64,000 bases of DNA from positions 554,604 to 618,603 of the forward strand of contig JAUPSS010000010.1 of NCBI GenBank assembly GCA_040285825.1, in the 5' to 3' direction. Positions 21,745 to 34,000 of this stretch are shown one piece after another (position 1 is the first letter of the stretch; each line of letters begins with the position of its first letter). Made by a program: the position numbers and the translations under genes. The notes under the pieces were generated by a model. That model made no database searches and was not told where the DNA came from. It saw nothing but the letters and a program-made list of their open reading frames with translations. This DNA comes from Eukaryota sp. TZLM1-RC. Taxonomy: Eukaryota; Protista; Metamonada: BaSk clade.

Positions 21745-24700
21745 ATGACTGTTGCTTTGCAGCAATTTCCTCAGCCGATTGCAACACCCAACTATGAGAG
21801 CAAGAAGAAGTCTGGACTTTTGTTCATTGTTGTTGGTGCAATCTTTTTGTTTCTATTAGCTGCTGTTATTGTTCTAGCTGTTACTCTCTCTAGAGATGAT
21901 GATCCCACTCCTGATGATCCCACTCCAGATGATGGAGCCACTCAAAAGAGTCGTTTCTCAGTAGCTCACACCCAGATCAAAGGCAGTCTCGTTGTTACCA
22001 CAACATACTTCTTTGACCTGGATGAGGATCGGACAGTAATTGAAGTGACTGATAACGCCAACTCTCATTCCACCGTGCAAATGGTGCTCCATGAAGACAA
22101 ATTCTACACTACAGGAGCTGTTTGCCAACACAAATCTGATGAAACAAGGTCTCAGTTCCTCAGTGCCTCACAACTCAAGATCGATTTCAACAATGACAAA
22201 AAAATCCAAGACCATAGCCACGGCCAATGTGATTTGTATGAAACGAAGAAGGATAGTGAATATGTTTGTTTGAATGACAATGGTTTTGTAGAGCTTTTCT
22301 GCAAGAAAGACAACAATGAAGAAGAATGCTTAACATTTACTGGTCATTCTGAAGTTGATACTCACGCTACTCTTGATGCTGATTTCGAGGCTGTTTGTGC
22401 TGATGTTCAACATCCCTACTTCTCACTCATGAATGAAGTTTTTATCAACATTCCTGATGCTATTTATCGTAAGAACCCACAACTCTTGATCAATAATGAA
22501 CTCTATGAATTAAGAGACAATGAGTGTGGATTAGCTCTCAGTGATGAAGAACAACGATCAACCAAGGAAATCTTTGGCCTTTACATCATTGGTCCTAGCC
22601 ATGTTAAACAGCCTGATACAAGAACAGTTGGTGATGTAGAATGTCAAGTCTTTACTTATTCATTTGATAGTTTTGATTATCAAGTAGCTTTTGGTAACGG
22701 ATTTATCCGTGAGCTGTGTTTGTGGAAATCAGATGAACAGCGGTGGGATTGCCAGCTTACTAATCCCTCACTTATTGGTGCTGAAGATCATCGATTTACC
22801 TTACCTTTGCACTGCTCCTTTCCAGAAGAAATTCATGTACCCCTCCCTTACTTCTATGCCAAGGTCAACAATGAAGGCTACTATTTCAATCTTAAAGATG
22901 GTTTTTACACCAAGGACAGCCACCTTACTTACATCATCACTGACACATATTTCTACACTGCCAATTCTGACTCTTGTTGCCGCGCTGATACTTCAGAAAA
23001 CTGGCATCTTCGTGATTTGTCTATTAAGCTCGATGATATTGAAAATTCTCTCCATATGATTAGCCAAAAAGATTCCAATGATGTCTGTCTCGGTGATATT
23101 AATAGTGATAGCGCAAAGGTTTGTGTAGACAAACAAGGGTTTGTTACCCGAAGAATTCAAGAGAAGTCTGGTCAGACCATCACCTTTTCAGATCATGAAG
23201 TAGTTGGAAAAGATAATCCTCTCATTAGAATTCCTTCCACCTGCAAAGATGATCCTCAAGACTGTCCACTAAACCTCCCTACCCAGGTTTCTTTCACAAA
23301 GTCAGAGACCGGAGAAAAGTATTGGCTTGACAATGACAATAAAATCTATCGTGTTCAAGAAGATGGCAAGGACTACTTAGTTGATGTCAATGAAAACAAG
23401 AAATATAGCATCAATAGCAACGGACCATGTGCTTCAGAAGAGTTTTTAGTTGGTCAAGAAGTTTTGGATTCATTTTTCCCAGTTTTCACTCCGTCTGAAG
23501 ACAAATGGTTTCACCAAATAGTTGATGGGTGTCCAGAATATTATGCAGGTGGTCGCCATTATGTTATTTGTGGTGCTCCCGATACTCAGCATTCAGTGGT
23601 TCACAGTATTCGTGACCAAGGCGATACAATTCACCTCGAAAACCATGAAGTTATCAATCCAGATGATGACAATCTCAATTTGGAACATCTTTGCCCCCAA
23701 AAGAGTCGTTTCTCAATGGTTCACACTGAAACCACTGATAGCCTCGTTGTTACCACCACATACTTCATTGACCTAGTCATGGATCGGACAGTAATTGAAA
23801 TGACTGATAATGCCAACTCTCAATCCACCGTGCAAATGGTGCTCCATGAAGACAAGTTCTACACCACAGGAACTGTTTGCCAGCATACATCTGATGAAAC
23901 AAGGTCTCAGTTCCTCAGTGCCTCACAACTCAAGATCGATTTCAACAATGACAAAAAAATCCAAGACCATAGCCACGGCCAATGTGATTTGTATGAAACG
24001 AAGAAGGATAGTGAATATGTTTGTTTGAATGACAATGGTTTTGTAGAGCTTTTCTGTAAGAAGGACAACAATGAAGAAGAGTGCTTAACATTTACTGGTC
24101 ACTCTGAAGTTGATACTCACTCTACTCTTGATGCTGATTTCGAAGCTGTTTGTGCTGATGTTCAACATCCCTACTTCTCACTCATGAATGAACTTTATAT
24201 CAACATTCCTGATACTATGTTACGAGGGGATAATTTACATCTGATTAATAGTCAACTCTATGTAGTAATAGACAATGGCTGTGGATTAGTTTTGCATGAA
24301 GAAGAAAAACAATTGTATAAGACAATGTACAACTTGTTGACAATTGGTCCTAGCCATGTTAAACAAGATGAAACCAGGCCAGTTGGTGATGTAGAATGCC
24401 AAGTATTTACTTTCTTTGATGGGGAAGTGGCTTATGCAGATGGATTTATTCAAGAGCTTTGTTCGTGGAACACTGTTTACAATGAAGAGGAACATAAATA
24501 TGAAGAAAAGTGGAAATGTACGCCTACAAACCCCTCACTCGTTAGTCCACAACATCCTCAATTCACCTTACCTTCGGGTTGTCCTCTCCCTGAAGAAATT
24601 CCTGTAGTTCAACCATACTTTTATGCCAAGGTCAACAACGAAGAATACTATTTCAATCTTAAAGATGGATTTTACTCCAAGGACAACCACCTTACTTACA

Positions 24701-25974
24701 TCATCACTGACACATATTTCTACACCGCCAAAACTGACTCTTGTTGCCGCGATAGCATTGATCCAGAAGTTTTCGAAACTGCCGAAATGCCCATGCCTGT
24801 TAAACTCAGCCTGATTGAAAATGCACATCAAATGTTTGTCCAAAAAGACTCTAACGATTTTTGTTTCGGTGGTTTATATGATGTCGTTGATTGGATCTGT
24901 GTAAACGAACAAGGTTTTGTTACAAGAAATATTCCAGATTCAAGTCCGACAATTATTTTTTCAGATCATGAAGTAGTTGGAAAAGAGAATCCTCTCTTGA
25001 CAATTCCTTCCACTTGCAAAGATGATCCTCAAGACTGTCCATCACACCTGGCTCCCCAGGTTTCTTTCACAAAGTCAGAGACCGGAGGAAAGTATTGGCT
25101 TGACAATGACAATAAAATCTATCGTGTTCAAGAAGATGGTGAAGATGTTGTCGTTGACGTCAATGACAATAAAGCTTACCTCATCAATAGCGACGGAACT
25201 TGTTCTTCAGGTGTTTCTGATGACGGTCAGGAACTACTCGATTTTTTCTTCCCAGTCAGACATCCGTTGGACGAAAATTTGGTTGTGGGAATGGTTGATG
25301 GATGTCCTGAATATGTTGTGGATGGAGGTCGCCATTATGTTATTTGTGGTTCTCCCAATACTCAGCATTCAGTAGTTCACAGTATTCGTGACCATGGCGG
25401 ATTTTTTGTCGATACAATTCACCTCGAAAACCATGAAGTTATCAATCCAGATGATGACAATCTCAATTTAGTCTTACTTTGCTCGAACAAATTTCATCAG
25501 AAGTTCCAATACACCCCTGTCGATTCTGATGGTCACAAGGAACACCCCATCTCCATGGACATTGCTAGCGGTGTTATGCACACTTTTGTTGAGGACGATC
25601 AGCATGGATTAGTGGAGATGTGGTTTTATGAAAATTATAGGATCGAGAGGCGTGATGGTGAGGACAAATGCTACAATATTGCTGGTCAAGAACCGAAATT
25701 CATTAATCAATTTGATATGGTTAAAATTGAACAGGCATTACCCACTGACGATTCGGAAAGGAAGGGATCAAAACAGGTTGGAAATGTTGAATGTGAGATT
25801 TATGAAGCTACTTTTACATACAATCAGTGGCAAGAGATGTTTTTCTCATGGTGTGTTGCAGATAGTTTCGTTCATGAAGTCATCTCCCACGACAAGGATT
25901 ACTATTACTATAATCAGGATGTTTTTGTTTATGTTGATCACGAGTTTGTTTATTACCATTATCCCTCATTTTAG
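21745..25974 (+). CDS. large type II membrane (surface) protein with tandem Cys-rich ~140-aa domains, possibly ependymin/LolA-fold-like
   Basis: 1409-aa open frame; KKK followed by one N-terminal TM; DDPTP linker; repeated modules, several ending F/I-x-[LI]-P-x-x-C. Confidence 0.85.
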   Translation: MTVALQQFPQPIATPNYESKKKSGLLFIVVGAIFLFLLAAVIVLAVTLSRDDDPTPDDPTPDDGATQKSRFSVAHTQIKGSLVVTTTYFFDLDEDRTVIEVTDNANSHSTVQMVLHEDKFYTTGAVCQHKSDETRSQFLSASQLKIDFNNDKKIQDHSHGQCDLYETKKDSEYVCLNDNGFVELFCKKDNNEEECLTFTGHSEVDTHATLDADFEAVCADVQHPYFSLMNEVFINIPDAIYRKNPQLLINNELYELRDNECGLALSDEEQRSTKEIFGLYIIGPSHVKQPDTRTVGDVECQVFTYSFDSFDYQVAFGNGFIRELCLWKSDEQRWDCQLTNPSLIGAEDHRFTLPLHCSFPEEIHVPLPYFYAKVNNEGYYFNLKDGFYTKDSHLTYIITDTYFYTANSDSCCRADTSENWHLRDLSIKLDDIENSLHMISQKDSNDVCLGDINSDSAKVCVDKQGFVTRRIQEKSGQTITFSDHEVVGKDNPLIRIPSTCKDDPQDCPLNLPTQVSFTKSETGEKYWLDNDNKIYRVQEDGKDYLVDVNENKKYSINSNGPCASEEFLVGQEVLDSFFPVFTPSEDKWFHQIVDGCPEYYAGGRHYVICGAPDTQHSVVHSIRDQGDTIHLENHEVINPDDDNLNLEHLCPQKSRFSMVHTETTDSLVVTTTYFIDLVMDRTVIEMTDNANSQSTVQMVLHEDKFYTTGTVCQHTSDETRSQFLSASQLKIDFNNDKKIQDHSHGQCDLYETKKDSEYVCLNDNGFVELFCKKDNNEEECLTFTGHSEVDTHSTLDADFEAVCADVQHPYFSLMNELYINIPDTMLRGDNLHLINSQLYVVIDNGCGLVLHEEEKQLYKTMYNLLTIGPSHVKQDETRPVGDVECQVFTFFDGEVAYADGFIQELCSWNTVYNEEEHKYEEKWKCTPTNPSLVSPQHPQFTLPSGCPLPEEIPVVQPYFYAKVNNEEYYFNLKDGFYSKDNHLTYIITDTYFYTAKTDSCCRDSIDPEVFETAEMPMPVKLSLIENAHQMFVQKDSNDFCFGGLYDVVDWICVNEQGFVTRNIPDSSPTIIFSDHEVVGKENPLLTIPSTCKDDPQDCPSHLAPQVSFTKSETGGKYWLDNDNKIYRVQEDGEDVVVDVNDNKAYLINSDGTCSSGVSDDGQELLDFFFPVRHPLDENLVVGMVDGCPEYVVDGGRHYVICGSPNTQHSVVHSIRDHGGFFVDTIHLENHEVINPDDDNLNLVLLCSNKFHQKFQYTPVDSDGHKEHPISMDIASGVMHTFVEDDQHGLVEMWFYENYRIERRDGEDKCYNIAGQEPKFINQFDMVKIEQALPTDDSERKGSKQVGNVECEIYEATFTYNQWQEMFFSWCVADSFVHEVISHDKDYYYYNQDVFVYVDHEFVYYHYPSF
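21943..25482 (+). repeat. intragenic tandem duplication, period 1755 bp (585 aa)
   Basis: caaaagagtcgtttctca at 21943 and 23698; LENHEVINPDDDNLNL ends both units. Confidence 0.95.
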
Positions 25975-26115
25975 ATCGTTGACCCAGAATGATGATCGTT
26001 TTGATCCTGACACCAAGTGTTCTAAATACGAACATGTTTGAGACAATTGTTGAAATAAGTGTAGATTTTGATTTTGTTCAATAAAAAGTTGTTTTGTTTT
26101 CTGAATTTTTAGAAT

Positions 26116-29115
26116 AATGTGACAAATTCTGAAACAAAATGTAAAAGAAAATTTATTAGAAGGAAAGAGTCTAAGGTAGAACCCATAAAGAATGCTCCAC
26201 AAATTGTTGCAAAACCAGTTTGCAACCGATTAAAGCACAAAACTTGCAACACTTGTGGTATTTCTTTTAGAAAAAATGCAAAAGGAAAAACTTCTGACCA
26301 CTGCTTGAAATGCCGCATAGTTGATAACTACCATCCTCCTATAAGAATACCTCAAGAAATTCATCCGACCAAATGCAATGAATTTGCTTTCGTTCTTCAA
26401 AGATTTTTGGATCAATTATGTAAAGGAAAGTATGATATCAATATTATTTGGGAATTTTTTGGTTCTTTTTGTCCTCCTTTTGAACAAAATTTCGTTAATA
26501 TTTCCGAAGATTTAACTAATATAGCACCGAGAAATCAGTCATCCGAGAAATTAAGTAAAATTTTTGAAGACAAATGCTTTGACAACAAATGGTCCAAGGC
26601 TTTGTCAGCTTTAAGTCCCGGAGTTAAAGCACCAAACAATGAAAATACAATAGAAAAACTGAAAATTCTTCATCCTTATGAAGACCCTATAATGGATCAA
26701 AATTTTTACGGCACATACTGGGAAAATTATCCATTGATGCCATCAGAAGTTTTTTCGGTTATCAAAAAGAGACCTCGTGGTAAGTCTGCCGGACTTTCTG
26801 GTATTACTATTGATCATGTAAAAGCCGCGATTATTTCTTCAGAAGATTGCCTTGGTTTATTGACTAAATTTTTCAACCAAATATTATCTGGTCAACGCAA
26901 ATACCCAGAAGAATTAAGAAGTTCTCGTTTGACTGCACTTGTCAAAAATTCAAAAATGGATGTTCGTCCTATTGCAGTCTCTGAGAGCTTACACAATATT
27001 TTTTCTGCGTGTTGCTTAAGCAGGTTCAATGAAAAAGCTAAAAAGATTTTATTACCCTTTCAATATGGTATAAATACTACAGATGGAGTTTCTTCAGCGA
27101 TATTTGCTACAGATGTATTATTTTGCCAAAATGAATCCAATGTTTGCATGTCATTGGATTTTAGTAATGCTTTCAATTCACTAAGTCGTCGCAGTATCCA
27201 TGGTGCTCTATTGCAATATATGCCGGAATTAATACCATATTTTCAATCAACATATTGCACATATTCTAATTTACATTTTGGTTATAACATTTTGAGTTCA
27301 TCAAGTGGCGTAAAGCAAGGAGATCCGTTAGGACCTCTTCTGTTTTGTTTGGCCATTCATCCTATTCTACTGCAAATTCAAGAGATGTTTCCTTCACTAA
27401 AAATGATTGCATATATGGATGATGTTGTGCTTATTGGTGATTTAAATATTGTGAAACAAGCAACTGTATGTTTTAAAGAATTATTTACCAAAATTGGTCT
27501 ACGACTTAATTTACTCAAATGTGTTTTGTTATCGAATTCTCCAGTTTCCACAATAGTTGATGATATTGAAATTCAAGCCAAATTATATTCAATTGATGCT
27601 ATTCGTCATTTGGGTTCGTTTTTAGGGAATAATGATGAAATTTCCAAAAAATTGTTTGAAAAGTTGAACTCAATTTCTGACAAAATTGACCGAATGATGA
27701 ATTTAGATATAAAAAACACATCAAATTTACCATTATAAGACTGTGTTTTAGTTCCAATTTTAATCATATATTTCGATCTACAAATCCTCTCGTCACTAGA
27801 CCTTTGGCTCAAAAGTTTAATGAGTTACGTGCAAAAGTTCTGTCTCAATTACTGGGATGTAAAATGTTTCAAATTCCAGATCATGCTTACCTTAGTCCAC
27901 ATTATGGTGGTTTAGGGTGGTCGAAGGCCTCTATTCTTACCTCGTGTGCTTTTGTTGGTGGATGCAGAAATGCAATCTTTGAGTTTTCCGAAAGATTTGC
28001 AGATTGGGAAGATTTATTGATGACAACGCAAAGTTCCACTGTTTTTGCATTAAATGAAGAAATTTCAAAAATTAATGTAGAAATATGGGGTCGATGTTTT
28101 CCCCAATCATTCAATGACAATATTCCAGAAAAAAATGTTTTAAATTTGAAGTACACTCTTCGAACATTACAGAAACGATTGACTGGAATGTATGAAAAAG
28201 ATCTTTATAATAATATATGCAGCTCGGCTGTTTTAAATCAAGATCTTCACTCATTGTTATTGGAAAAGGGTGTTTGTGAAAACAAGTCGTCAGATTCTTC
28301 ACTTTTTGTAACTATTGTACCACGAAGACTTGGATTGTGTGGCAGTAATGAAGCATTTGTAACAAAAATGAGATCATATTTGAACATCCCCATTAATCAA
28401 TTATTATCAAAAGAAAAATGTATTTGTTCGAATTCACCTCAACTCACTTTGCGCCATGCTCTAAATTGCTCTAAATTGATAACTTATCGTTCTTCATTAC
28501 ATGATGCTGTTAGAGACACTGTTTTCAATATGGCACAAACTGCAAGGATATCGTGTATCAAGAGCCCCTGCTGAAAGAAACACTTTATCTGAATAATTTT
28601 GGTTCTGATGATAGAGGTGATGTATACTGTGATTGGATTGATAATTCTGAAGCTATTGTTGACTTTGTCTCATGTAATGTTGCAAACGATACTTTGGTTC
28701 ACAGAAGAAAACTTAATCCTGTGGCTGCTCTGGATTTTAAAGCAAAAGAAAAACATAGAAAATATGATAAAGAAATTGAAGATGCAAATGTCGATAGAAA
28801 TACACAGTTGGTTTTTATTGCTTTCCCATTTTCGATAAATGGAAGATTATCAGTTGAAGCAGAAACTTTTTTGGATGACTTCCAAAAAATGGTGAAAGAA
28901 AAAACAATGAAAAGATTTGATATTTTTTTATGGCGTTCACGGATTCAATTTGCCATTATTAATAGATTACCGCGGTTTTTCAATCGAATTAGAGAAGCTT
29001 TAGCTAGACAGCAAGCAAATCAAGATTTTGTAGAGGAAATCTTGGTTTAATGATAGTCGTCCCATTAGTTATGATTTAATTTAATCAAGTGTGCAAATTC
29101 AATAAATTGAATTTT
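26116..29115 (+). mobile_element. near full-length RLE-type (CRE-like) non-LTR retrotransposon, subfamily C, two frameshifts
   Basis: N-terminal Cys motif (CNTC..HCLKC); RT (VRPIAV, QYG, LDFSNAFN, QGDPLGP, YMDD); CIC..HALNC; HDAVRD; DRGD..IVDF; frameshifts near 27715 and 28560; AATAAA at ~29101. Confidence 0.9.
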
Positions 29116-29202
29116 ACACTATTGAACAGTTTTATTTTTTATTCAACAAGCAGAAGAAATAGAAATATCAGAAAAAACTAAAGCTCCAAAACTCTCACAA
29201 TG

Positions 29203-30860
29203 AAGATTCTAAATATCGACCATAACGAGACCTGTGTGCTTGTTTAGTTGTAGAAAAACATTAGGAGAATTTTGATTGTGATCTCGCATATTTCTCACAA
29301 CGACTTTGTTACAATTTTTTTTGTTATTATGGAACTGGCCATCGACTTATTGTCTGCTTGTCATGATCTTAGAACTATACAAGATTTAAGATTATGAATG
29401 CACATGCAAGAGAAGACACCAAATAATGCAATTTACACATGAGGTTTTTCTGCAAAATCTATACACTTTCAGAGCTTTAAGGGTAGTGGGCTTGAGATAC
29501 TTTAATTTATTTTTAAATTCAGCTGAGTGTTACTCCATAGAGCCGTAACAACAACAACAGCAGCAGCAGCAGCAACAAACTGTAGATAAACTCAAGATCC
29601 TACATCCATTTGAAGACCCAATAATAAATTAAAATTATTGTGGAGATAATTGGGAAAGCCATATTATTGATGACATCAAAAGTATTCTCAGTAATCAAAA
29701 AACGTAACGACCACGCAGAAAGTCTGCAGATCTTTCTGGTCTTTGTATAGATCATAACAAAGCTGCGGTTATTTCTTTGGAAGATTGTCTTATTTTATTA
29801 ACACAATTTTTGAATAGAGTTTTATTTGGCCAGCTCAGATATCCTGACGAATTGAAATGCTCACGTTTGACTGCCTTTGTCAAAAACTCAAAAATGGATG
29901 TTCGTCCAATTGCAGTTATTGTTTTGCACAATATTTTTTCAGCTTGCTGCTTGAACAGATTCAATAAAAAACAAAAAGAATTTTGTTACCGTTCCATTAC
30001 AGTACTAAAACCACTGTTGGAGTTGCTTCAGCTAAATTAATTAAATTAATTGTGTAACATATTTAATGATATTTTGTATAGCAATTCAAGAATCATTGAT
30101 TGTTATTAATGAAAATTACCCTTCTCTAAAAATTGTGGGTTACATGGATGATATCTCCTCTATCGGTTCTTTTGATTTTGTCCAAAAAGCTTCAAATGAA
30201 ATTGCTGAACAATTTGAAATCATTGGTCTTCATTTGTATCCTAAAAAATGTTTATTAAGTGGTAATGATTTCAAAGAGTTTAAAATTAGTATTCACAAGA
30301 AGTGTTTCGTTTTCTAGGATGTTGCTTAGGAAATGTTGATGAAATTACGGAAAATCTTAACGAAATTGTTGCAAAACTTGGTATTGAGCTTCAATTAATT
30401 TCTGAATTAGAAATAGAAAATCATATCAAATTTTTTGTTTTAAAAATCTGTTACTCCGGAAAAATTACTCACTTATTGACGTGGACAGAACCTTCATTGT
30501 CTATCGATTTTTGCCGATCATTTAATCAACTTCGTGCAACTTTCTTTGCTTCCCTATTAGACGTGAATCCTGAGCTAATTCGAGCTCAGTTGTTCTCTTT
30601 TTCACAATTTGGTGGTGTTGGCTTTACCAAATCTTCAGTTCTTTGTCAAGCAGCTTTTGTTGGTGGTGGCAAAAATTTTATTTTTGAATTTCTATAGTAT
30701 GAATTCCCTGAAGATATTCATTTGCTTAATCCATCATTTTCAAAATATTTGTATGACCTTGATGTTGCTATTAATAAAATTGCAACAGAAATTTGGTGTC
30801 AATGTTTTCCTGACTCAGTTCAAGAGATTCCTCTACGAAATTTAGTTAATTTAAGGTATT
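29203..30860 (+). mobile_element. degenerate CRE-like non-LTR element (RT region, internal deletion)
   Basis: DVRPIAV, YMDD, FRFLG and GGVG motifs in broken frames; CAA/CAG microsatellite at ~29547-29578. Confidence 0.85.
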
Positions 30861-31012
30861 TGATGGTCTAGGCTGTTCGTTATTACGGCACATACAGTAT
30901 GAATGTTATGAAATTTATTACGAAGAGGAATTGTATTCTCTCTTCTTATGCTAAAAGGTGGAATTCTATATAAACTAAATTACTAAGTTATAAATACTAT
31001 TCAAGACTAACA
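30861..31012 (-). repeat. 152-bp 3' LTR
   Basis: Minus strand TGTTAG..CCATCA, directly preceded by PPT gagaggaaaaggtag whose TAG is the integrase stop. Confidence 0.8.
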
Positions 31013-34000
31013 CTACCTTTTCCTCTCATTCGAGCGACGAGCCCTAGAAGCTCTAGTCACAGGAGGTGAGGTACTAGTTTTGGGACGCTTCTTGGGAGGA
31101 GCGGATTTAGTACGGCGACGTGCGTTGGAAGTCTTGAGAAAGCCTTGATACGCTGCGGTATTTTTGACTGTGGATAAATGTTCAGTAATGATCTCTTTTC
31201 CCGACCATTGCACTTGGCAAAAGTCACCATCCTGACTGAGCACCTTTTCTATGATGTGTTCTTCGACATCACCTGCAGCAACCCATGAGTGGAACTCATC
31301 GTATGCAGGTAGGCTTGAGTGCCAGGGTGCTGAATGTTTGACGCTAGCTTGCATGGTCGTACCAGTGCAGAGGTTCTTAATATTCACAGACGAATTAGAT
31401 ACTATTTTCGTAATTAGGAAGGGTCCTAAATAATCTCTGTGTAGCTTAGCGAAAGAGCTAGAAGCTCTCAATACCAATTGACCAACTTCAGAATGATTTG
31501 GAGTTGTAGATCTAGTTAGCTTGGAAGCTTTGGAAGCTTGATGGTGTGCTGCCTTTTCCTGTTTTTCTTTCAATCTTCGTAATTTAGATTCAATTTCTTG
31601 AATATAAGTTGACTCAGACGTCCAGCTTTCAATGACTTCAAGAATTTTACCAGGGTCTGAGCTAGGAGACACATCTGAGCCAAAGATCACTTGGTATGGA
31701 GTGTGGTTTGTTGTTGAACTCTTGGAAGAGTTGATCAATAATTGCACGTAAGGCAATTATTCGGACCATACATCGTAGGTGTTGAAGTCTACGAGCAATT
31801 TCCGTAGGTTTTGCAGGATGTCTCTGTGTTGGCGCTCTACCAAGCCGTTGGACTGAGAAAACCTTGGAATTGACTTTGACACCTCTATGCCCAAAAATTT
31901 GCTTAGTTCGTCAAAGACAGCTGTGGAAAATTCAGGCCCATTATCGCTGTGGATTTGAAATGGTATACCAAAGATGGCACAGACTGTCCTGATTAATGCG
32001 TCTGCAGTGAGATTGGCATTCAATTCTTTTAAAGGTACGATGATCGTGAACCTAGAAAAGCTGTCAATAAATACAAGGATGTATTTGTAGCCTTTTTGGT
32101 CTTCTGGAAGAGGCGCAATAACATCGGCGTTGACACGAGCAAAAGGTCTGTCAGTCCACAATGAACCAGTTGGGGGAATGTGCAGCCTGGGAACTGGTTT
32201 TGTTTTTTGACAGGAGGGGTATTCTTCGACGTGGTCATTCATGTTAGTGAGCATGTTAGGCCACCAATAATCGCTGTTTCTGAGCTTGTGCAGACTTTCA
32301 GCTTTGCTTGGGTGGCCTTCTTGCAGTAGTCCGTGCAACAAGTTAAGGGTGTCCTTAATGAATGATTTGGGAATCACTATCTTGTTGTCGTGAGTCATAT
32401 ATGAATCAAGGTGATTAATATGAACACAGTAGTTGAAAGGGGGTCTTTGGAAGCTATGGCAAGCTTCTGTTCGGACCTTATCCCACAGAGCCATGGCTCG
32501 AAAATAGGTAGGTCATTGGAACGTCGTTCTTTAGTGACCATGATACGTTTGAAGTTGTTTAAATCTTCTATGTAGTATCTTTCGTTTTCTGTTCCATCAA
32601 TTTTATCAAGGTAAAATATTGGATGAAAATTTGGAGACATTTGATGGGACAAATGATTGATGTCTTTATGGTCTATAAGAGGAACTATTCGAAACAACAT
32701 ATCTGCCCAGAAGTTATCTTCCTCTTTGGTGTGTACCAATTCAAAGCAGAATTTAGAAAAAATGGGTAACCATCTGGTTACAATTCTGTTCTTCTCAGGA
32801 GCCGTGAACATGTAGGTAAAGTTTTGATGGTCTGTGAATATAACCAGTTTCCTTCCCTTCAAGTAGTTTTCGAAACCATTTTGTTGTTTTCTACATCGCC
32901 TGCAGCGACCCATGAGTGGAACTCATCGTTGGTTGGCAGGCTTGAGTGCCAGGGTGCTAAATGTTTGACGTTAGCCTGAACGATTGACCAGTGCAGAGAT
33001 TCTTAATGTTCACATACGAATTGGATACGATTTCAGTATTTAGAAAAGGTCCTAAATAGTCTCCATGAAGCTTAGCGGAGGAGCTGGAAGCTAGTAATAC
33101 CAATTGACCCACTTCAAAAGGATTTGGAGTTGTAGATCTAGTTAGCTTGGAAGCTTTGGAAGTTTGATGGTGTGCTGCCTTTTCCTGTTTGTCTTTCAAC
33201 CTTCGAAATTTGGATTGAATTTCTTGAATAAAAGATGACTCAGACGTCAAGCTTTCAATGATTTCAACAATTTTGCCAGGGTCAGATCTAGGAGACACAT
33301 CAGAGCCAAAGATCACTTGGTATGGAATGTAGCTTGTTATTGAACTCTTGGAAGAGTTTATCAATAATTGCACATAAGGCAAATATTCGGACCATACGTC
33401 GTAGGCGTTGAAGTCTACGAGCAATTTCCGTAGGTTTTGCAGAATGTCTCTGTGTCGGCGCTCTGCCAAGCCGTTGGACTGAGAATACCAAGGTATTGAC
33501 TTTGATTCCTCTATGCCCAAAAATTTGCTTAGTTCGTCAAAGACAGCCTTGGAAAATTCAGGTCCATTATCACTGTGGAGTTGAAATGGTATGCCAAAGA
33601 TGGCACAGACTTTCCAAATTAATGCGTCTGCAGTGAGATTGGCATTTATTTCTTTTAGGGGAACGATGATCGTAAACCTAGAGAAGCTGTCGATAAATAC
33701 GAGGATGTATTTGTAGCCTTTTTGATCTTCTGGAAGAGGACCAATAACATCGGCGTTGACACGAGCAAAAGGTCTGTCAGCCCACAATGAACCGGTTGGG
33801 GGAACATGCAGTTTGGGAACTGGTTTTGTTTTCTGACAAGAGGGACATTTTTGGACGTGCTTAGTCATGTCTGTGAGCATGTTTGGCCACCAATAGTCGC
33901 TATTCCTGAGCTTGTTCAAGCTTTCAGCTTTGCTTGGATGGCCTCCTTGCAGAAGTCCGTGCAACAAGTTAAGGGTGTCCTTAATGAGTGATTTGGGAAT

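Noticed and set aside
22091-26041. Short alternative-frame and antisense ORFs inside long genes and elements
   Set aside because: Shadows of the main reading frames with no independent motifs.
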